A DNA stretch of 37,963 bases from positions 587 through 38,549 of the forward strand of contig JAYOTF010000033.1 in assembly GCA_038150265.1 (NCBI GenBank). Reading direction: 5' to 3'. Both the position numbers and the translations under genes were made by a program. The notes under the pieces are model-generated. The model saw nothing but the letters and a program-made list of their open reading frames with translations, made no database searches and was not told where the DNA came from. Position 1 is the stretch's first letter. Each line of letters opens with the position of its first letter. This document shows, one piece after another, positions 35,396 through 37,963 of the stretch. The stretch is from Deltaproteobacteria bacterium. Its GTDB lineage: Bacteria > SAR324 > NAC60-12.

Positions 35396-36682
35396 ATGAA
35401 CAAGAATCAGCAAGTGGATGAGTTGAAGCAGGCTTGGGCCAATGATCCGCGCTGGGCCGGCATTGAGCGTCCCTACAGCGCCGAGGATGTGGTGAAGCTT
35501 CGCGGGAGCCTGATGGTGGAACACACCCTGGCCAAAGTGGGGTCTCAGCGCCTGTGGAAGTTGCTGAACGAAGAGCCCTACGTCAACACGCTCGGTGCCT
35601 TGACGGGCAACATGGCGGTCCAACACGTCCAGGCCGGACTGCAGGCGATTTACCTGAGCGGCTGGCAGGTGGCGGGAGACGCCAACTCGGCCGGTCAGAT
35701 GTATCCGGACCAAAGCCTCTACCCCGTGGACAGCGTCCCGACGGTGGTGCGCCGCATCAACAACGCCCTGACCCGGGCGGATCAGATCGCCAGCCTGGAA
35801 GGACGGGACGACACCTACTGGCATGCTCCGATTGTGGCCGACGCTGAAGCCGGATTCGGAGGGGTCCTGAACGCGTATGAGCTGATGAAGGCCATGATTG
35901 AGGCCGGTGCCTCTGGCATTCACTTCGAAGACCAGCTCGCTTCCGAAAAGAAGTGCGGTCACCTGGGGGGCAAGGTGCTGGTGCCCACCTCCGAGTTCAC
36001 CCGCAAGCTCAACGCGGCTCGTCTGGCTGCAGACGTCCTCAACGTCCCGAGCGTGTTGCTCGCCCGAACCGATGCCCAGGCGGCCCAGCTGCTCACCAGC
36101 GATGTGGACCCACGCGACCAGGCCTTCATCACTTCCTCCGAGCGGACGGCCGAGGGCTTCTACCGTGTGAAGGGTGGGCTCGAAAGTGCCATCGCTCGCG
36201 GACTGGCTTACGCCCCGTATGCCGACCTGCTGTGGTGTGAGACCTCCACGCCGGACCTCGGCGAGGCCCGTGAGTTTGCACAGGCGATCCGGGAGAAGTT
36301 CCCGAACAAGATGCTGGCCTACAACTGCTCGCCTTCCTTCAACTGGAGGAAGTTCCTGGACCAGAACACCATCGAGACCTTCCAGGAGCAGCTGGGTGAA
36401 ATGGGCTACAAGTTCCAGTTCATCACCCTCGCCGGCTTCCACGCCCTCAACACCGCCATCTTCGAGCTGGCTTCTGGCTACAAGGAGCGCGGCATGGGCG
36501 CCTTCAGCGACCTGCAACAGCGCGAGTTTGCGCTGCAGGAGCATGGCTTCCGGGCAGTGAAGCACCAGAGCTTCGTTGGTGTGGGCTACTTCGACGCCGT
36601 CCAGAACACCATTGCTGGTGGGGAGTCCTCCACCTCTGCCATGAAGGACTCCACGGAAACCGCTCAGTTCAAAGCGGCGTAA
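35396..36682 (+). CDS. aceA: Isocitrate lyase (short type)
   Basis: [24 protein letters not shown], catalytic [34 protein letters not shown]. Confidence 0.97.
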   Translation: MNKNQQVDELKQAWANDPRWAGIERPYSAEDVVKLRGSLMVEHTLAKVGSQRLWKLLNEEPYVNTLGALTGNMAVQHVQAGLQAIYLSGWQVAGDANSAGQMYPDQSLYPVDSVPTVVRRINNALTRADQIASLEGRDDTYWHAPIVADAEAGFGGVLNAYELMKAMIEAGASGIHFEDQLASEKKCGHLGGKVLVPTSEFTRKLNAARLAADVLNVPSVLLARTDAQAAQLLTSDVDPRDQAFITSSERTAEGFYRVKGGLESAIARGLAYAPYADLLWCETSTPDLGEAREFAQAIREKFPNKMLAYNCSPSFNWRKFLDQNTIETFQEQLGEMGYKFQFITLAGFHALNTAIFELASGYKERGMGAFSDLQQREFALQEHGFRAVKHQSFVGVGYFDAVQNTIAGGESSTSAMKDSTETAQFKAA

Positions 36683-37493
36683 CCGTTCCCCCCTCAGCCC
36701 ATGCCAGGCGATTTTCTTCAAGCTCGGCATGGGCGACACAGTGAATCCCCCCAAACGCCTCCACCTGCACCAGCTTGAGTAAGCGGAGCTTGGCCATCTC
36801 CAGAATGGCCATGAAGGTCAGCAGCACCCACCGCTTTGAGGCGGCTTCCGGAAACAGCTCCTCAAACAGGCAACGCTCCTGTTGCCGGAACTGCTCAATG
36901 AGCGCTGCGATCCGGTCCTCAATCCGGAGGTCCTCTGCCTCCACCACATGCGCCTGCACCTTCGGACGCCGATCCAGCACTCGCTGCAGGGCTTCCACCA
37001 GCGCAAACGCCGAGACCTCCTCAAACTCCGGATCCGCCTCTTCCTCATCGGCCAGCAGGTCTTCCAGTTCCGGACGCCCAAAGACATCCCGCCCCAGCAG
37101 GTCCAGCGAACCCAGCTCAAACGCGGCTCGCTTGTAAAGCTGATACTCCTCCAGACGTCGCCGGAGGACCTCTTCCGGATCTTCCTCCTCTTCAGCCTCG
37201 TCTTCTACCGGAGGCTTGGGGAGCAGCGCCCGGGACTTGATGAGGATCAGCATCGCCGCAATCTCGAGAAACTCCCCGGCCACATCCAGGTCCACCGTCT
37301 CCATCCACTGCAGGTACGCCAGGTACGACGACGTCAGCTCGGCCAGGCGGACTTCGGCAATGGCCACCTCACGCTTCCGGATCAGGTGCAGCAGCAGGTC
37401 CAGCGGGCCTTCAAAGACCGGCAGCCGGACCTCCAGCGGGTTCTCGCGGTTGGGGAAAATTTGGGATTCAGGCTGAGCGTCCGCTTCAGGCAT
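36669..37493 (-). CDS. scpA: Segregation and condensation protein A (kleisin)
   Basis: [41 protein letters not shown] and [10 protein letters not shown]. Confidence 0.93.
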   Translation of the reverse strand: MPEADAQPESQIFPNRENPLEVRLPVFEGPLDLLLHLIRKREVAIAEVRLAELTSSYLAYLQWMETVDLDVAGEFLEIAAMLILIKSRALLPKPPVEDEAEEEEDPEEVLRRRLEEYQLYKRAAFELGSLDLLGRDVFGRPELEDLLADEEEADPEFEEVSAFALVEALQRVLDRRPKVQAHVVEAEDLRIEDRIAALIEQFRQQERCLFEELFPEAASKRWVLLTFMAILEMAKLRLLKLVQVEAFGGIHCVAHAELEENRLAWAEGGTVTPL

Positions 37494-37647
37494 GGAAGTT
37501 CAAACGAGACAGAGGAACTGAGGGAGGCGGGCCGCCCGCCAGGCTCCAAGCATAGAGACGCCTCTGGGAAAAAACCAGCCGCTGGGCCGGCGTTCTCGGG
37601 CCGCCTCCTCCAGAAGCTGAATCTTCCCTGAGACATCGTGGTTTGCC

Positions 37648-37864
37648 CAGGGCAATCGCCTGAAGGAAAGCCCCCGGTTCATCTTGAAAAAAATGAAGGG
37701 ACCGAAAGGTCCGTCCTTCTCGCGAAGGCGAGAATCCAGTCAAGGAAGCGAAGGCTACCCGTTCAAGGACGGGATCCCAGCCTGCGCTCGGATGACACCA
37801 AGCAGCACTCCGCACCAACGGCTCAGCCCATTCTGCCAGCCAGTTGCTTCATGCGATTGCCCTG
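37648..37864. mobile_element. 217-bp MITE with 21-bp terminal inverted repeats and a 12-bp target-site duplication
   Basis: Left TIR CAGGGCAATCGCCTGAAGGAA (37648-37668). Right TIR reverse complement CAGGGCAATCGCATGAAGCAA (37844-37864), 19/21 identical. TCGTGGTTTGCC flanks both sides (37636-37647, 37865-37876). No transposase. Confidence 0.88.
37712..37797. repeat. Inverted doublet of CGTC-type REP-like palindromes inside the MITE
   Basis: CGTCCTTCTCGCGAAGGCGAGAATCCA (37712-37738) and, on the opposite strand, TGTCATCCGAGCGCAGGCTGGGATCCC (37771-37797). Both fit the GTCATTCCCGCGnAGGCGGGAATCCA REP pattern. Confidence 0.7.
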
Positions 37865-37963
37865 TCGTGGTTTGCCACCCCGGAAGAATTTGGGTAGAGT
37901 GAGTCCGTTGAACCTGGAAGGCACCGATGCCGCCTCCGGATTTCCCTTCACCAACACGGAGGA

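Noticed and set aside
37693..37950. 6S RNA candidate from TGAAGGGA...TCCCTTCA end pairing
   Set aside because: The pairing spans the MITE boundary, and the TIR/TSD plus REP structure explains the region better.

Overview
GC-rich (roughly 60-63% by eye) bacterial chromosomal segment of about 38 kb. Gene content and protein style suggest a deltaproteobacteria-like lineage such as SAR324, which is inference only. The left ~550 bp is the lower-GC edge of a probable integrative element at the 3' end of tRNA-Ala(GGC). It holds a truncated DUF6538-like/integrase-type ORF missing from the ORF track and a 3x12-bp tandem repeat. Next come tRNA-Glu(TTC), uvrC, a DsbA-like gene, rsmE, clpA, clpS and a cysE-type gene on the minus strand. 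A plus-strand run follows: pyrE, an orphan degenerate HEPN gene, a CoA Nudix hydrolase, a PilZ protein, a pseudo-receiver/adenylate cyclase/TPR/PilZ fusion, an apparently catalytically dead AroQ-like protein, an orphan gspC, a GT39-like glycosyltransferase, a chemoreceptor and an ODP di-iron protein. The rest is mostly housekeeping: EamA transporter, quinone oxidoreductase, O-antigen ligase-like gene, gpsA, nth, GldAFG-like ABC transporter, variant trpD, ppa, glgX-like, IMPase, a degenerate PilZ-like protein, a RamB/PrpR-type regulator divergent from aceA with a visible operator and promoter, and scpA. At the right end is a 217-bp MITE (21-bp TIRs, 12-bp TSD) carrying a CGTC-type REP doublet. 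The most striking signals are the PilZ-fused adenylate cyclase locus with neighbouring pseudo-enzymes, the REP-carrying MITE, and a window-wide excess of the palindrome TCCGGA. Family assignments come from remembered motifs, not database searches.
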